From Mobula hypostoma (Eukaryota): a DNA stretch of 64,000 nt. The stretch spans positions 132,806,001-132,870,000 of the forward strand of contig NC_086097.1 in NCBI RefSeq assembly GCF_963921235.1, given 5' to 3'. The notes under the pieces are model-generated. The model had not been told where the DNA came from. It searched no databases and saw nothing but the letters and a program-made list of their open reading frames with translations. How positions within the stretch are numbered: the stretch's first letter is position 1; each line of letters starts with the position of its first letter. The translations under genes were made by a program, and so were the position numbers. Of the stretch, positions 61,890 to 64,000 are shown one piece after another.

Positions 61890-63300
61890 ATGTCAAGTTT
61901 ATTGTCATCTTTAAAATTTTAAATGTTCAAAGGCAAATTATGGTGCACATTTCGGTGAGGTACAGATATAATGAAAAAATTGCTTGCAGCAGCATCACAG
62001 GTATATAGATTCAGACAACACACAGAATGGTAAGGTACTGAGGAGTGCAATAGAACAGAGGAATCTGGGAACACAGATACATAGTTCCTTAAAAGTGGTG
62101 TAGCAGATAGAGGTTGTAAACAAAGCTTTCAGCATATTGGCCTTCATAAATCCAAGTATTTAGTACAGGAGTTAGGATGTTATGTTGAAGTTGTCCTAAG
62201 ATGTTTGCGAGGCATAATTTGGAGTATAGTATGCAGTTCTGGTCAACCAACTACAGGAAAGATATCAATTAGATTGAAAGTGTATAGGGGAAATTTACAA
62301 GGATGCTGCTGGGTCTTGGGGACCTGAGTTATAAGGAAAGGTTGACAAGATTATTACTTTATTCCCTGAAACGTAGGAGAATGATGGGAATCTTGATTGA
62401 GGCATATAAAATGTGAACGGTATAGATAGGGTCAATGCAAACAGGCTTTATCTACCGAGTTTGGGAGAGAACTAGAAGTCATGGCTTAAGGGTTAAAGGT
62501 GAAAGTTTAAGGGGAACATGAGCAGGAACTTCTTCACTCAGAAGCTGGTGAGAGTGTGGAAGAAAATGCCAGCAGAAATGGTGAATGTGGGTACAATCTC
62601 AACCCTAAAGATGCATTTATATAAGTATGTGAAAAGGAGGGGCATGGAGGGCCATTGCCAGGTGCAAGTCAATAGGACTAGGCAGAACAATAGATCGGCA
62701 TGAGCTAGATGGGCCAAAGGGCATGTTTCTGTGCTGTAGTTCTCTATGACTCTATAACATGAATAATACATAAATTATGTGTAATAGAATTGACATAAAA
62801 ATGACTGCAAAACGAGACATTAGTACAAAAATAAAACAAAATCAGTGACAAATCCATGATAGGGCCAAGAGATGGTCTGTTTTGTTCTGGTACTGGGGTA
62901 GGGTTGGTTCAAAGTCCTGATAGTTAAAGGAAAGTAGCGGTTCCTGAACCTGCTGATGTGGGACATCCGACTTCTGTACCTCCTGTACCATTGGTGGGAT
63001 GCACTATGATAAATTTTGCCTTCTGAGGCAGTGCCTCATATAGGAGTTGTCAGGGGTGAGAGGACTGTCCCTGTGATGGACCAGGATGTGTGCACTACTA
63101 TCTGCACCCTCTTGTATTCCTGCACATTGGAATTGCCATGCCAGACCGCAATACAACCCATCAGGATACTTTCAACAGTGCATTTCTTGACATTTGTGAG
63201 AGTATTTGGTGACATGCTGGATCTCTTTAAGCTTCCAAGAAAGTTCAGGAGCTGGTGTGTCTTCATGATTGCATCAATGTGCTGGACTCAGAACAGGACA
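61890..63300 (-). mobile_element. Rex1/Babar 3' fragment split by a plus-strand CR1 3' end (62030-62757)
   Basis: CTVESILMGCIAVWHGN (63036-63266). CR1 motif RNFFTQKLVRVW and tail CTATGACTCTAT. Confidence 0.8.
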
Positions 63301-63544
63301 GAGAGCTTGCAAATGCAAAACATGGTCACAGCCACTCATGATCCTTATGCCCACCTGGTGTTACTCCTACTCGAGTGATTGTCCAATGTAGGGTCACTCT
63401 ATCCACCAGCAAACTGTCCATCCAGTGCTGATTGGCAGCTGAGCCACTGGCTGTCCTTGGCCAATGAGTGCCAACAGCAGGTACACCCTCAGTGGACCAG
63501 AACCAGTAGGTAACTTGAAAGGTGCAACCAGCCAAGAAAACAGA

Positions 63545-63880
63545 AGTGCAGCTAATATAGCTGTTGTTTCACAACTCAAGTCACCTCTGCTTCAATCTCG
63601 ACCTCAATTGTTATCTATGTGGAGTTTACATATTCTCTTTGTGATCACAAGGGTTTCCCAGTGGCTCTCCGCTTTCCTCTCACATCCAAAAGGTGTGTGG
63701 GTTGTTGGGTTAATTTACCCTTGTGTACCTGAGGGGTAGAAACAGGGGGAGTGCGGTAGTTGATGGAAATGTGGAGGAATGAAAGAAAAGGGATAGTGTC
63801 AGATCAATATCAATGGGTGCCTGATTGTTGGCACAACCTCAATGGGCTGAAGGGCCTAGTTCTGTATTGTATGACTCAAT
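63545..63880 (+). mobile_element. Degenerate V-SINE with CR1-type tail
   Basis: TGTGGAGTTTACATATTCTC...TTTCCTCTCACATCCAAAAG...GGGCTGAAGGGCC...TGTATGACTC. Confidence 0.7.
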
Positions 63881-64000
63881 GAGAAAGGAACCTTCAGACA
63901 TGGATGCTAGACACCGTGTCCCCAGGACTGAGTGAGGGCTCGGCAATAAAACGGTGACTTCCTGCAGGAAGGCGAGGCAGGTCAGACGCACTCACCCAGA

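Noticed and set aside
63340..63520. LF-SINE-like remnant (TTGGCACTCATTGGC on the minus strand)
   Set aside because: The match is too short to support by eye.
1..64000. CRISPR arrays, rRNA or bona fide tRNA genes, prokaryotic systems
   Set aside because: No regularly spaced repeat-spacer array or rRNA similarity was seen. tRNA-like boxes occur only as SINE heads, and the sequence is eukaryotic repeat-rich DNA.

Overview
Vertebrate, repeat-dominated non-coding DNA. The repeat mix (CR1/HER1-type LINEs, V-SINE/HE1-like SINEs, Penelope-like elements, Rex1/Babar LINEs) suggests a cartilaginous fish, probably a ray; this is inference. I found no intact host protein-coding gene. Most of the window is nested, decayed mobile elements: many CR1 and Rex1/Babar fragments, a full-length TSD-flanked RTE LINE (42668-46010), Penelope-like elements with an intact GIY-YIG domain, Tc1, Tigger and hAT DNA-transposon derivatives, Gypsy pol remnants and solo LTRs. 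The main highlights are: (1) an intronless, 5'-truncated NUBP2 retrocopy inserted in a CR1, whose 3' end is a co-oriented V-SINE rather than poly(A); (2) minimal type I hammerhead ribozyme motifs in the Penelope termini, including small TSD-flanked fold-back insertions with two inverted copies; (3) a hAT-ended fold-back MITE with an 8-bp TSD whose arms carry a Tc1 transposase HTH fragment. Family names come from recognised motifs, not database searches. Boundaries without a TSD are approximate.
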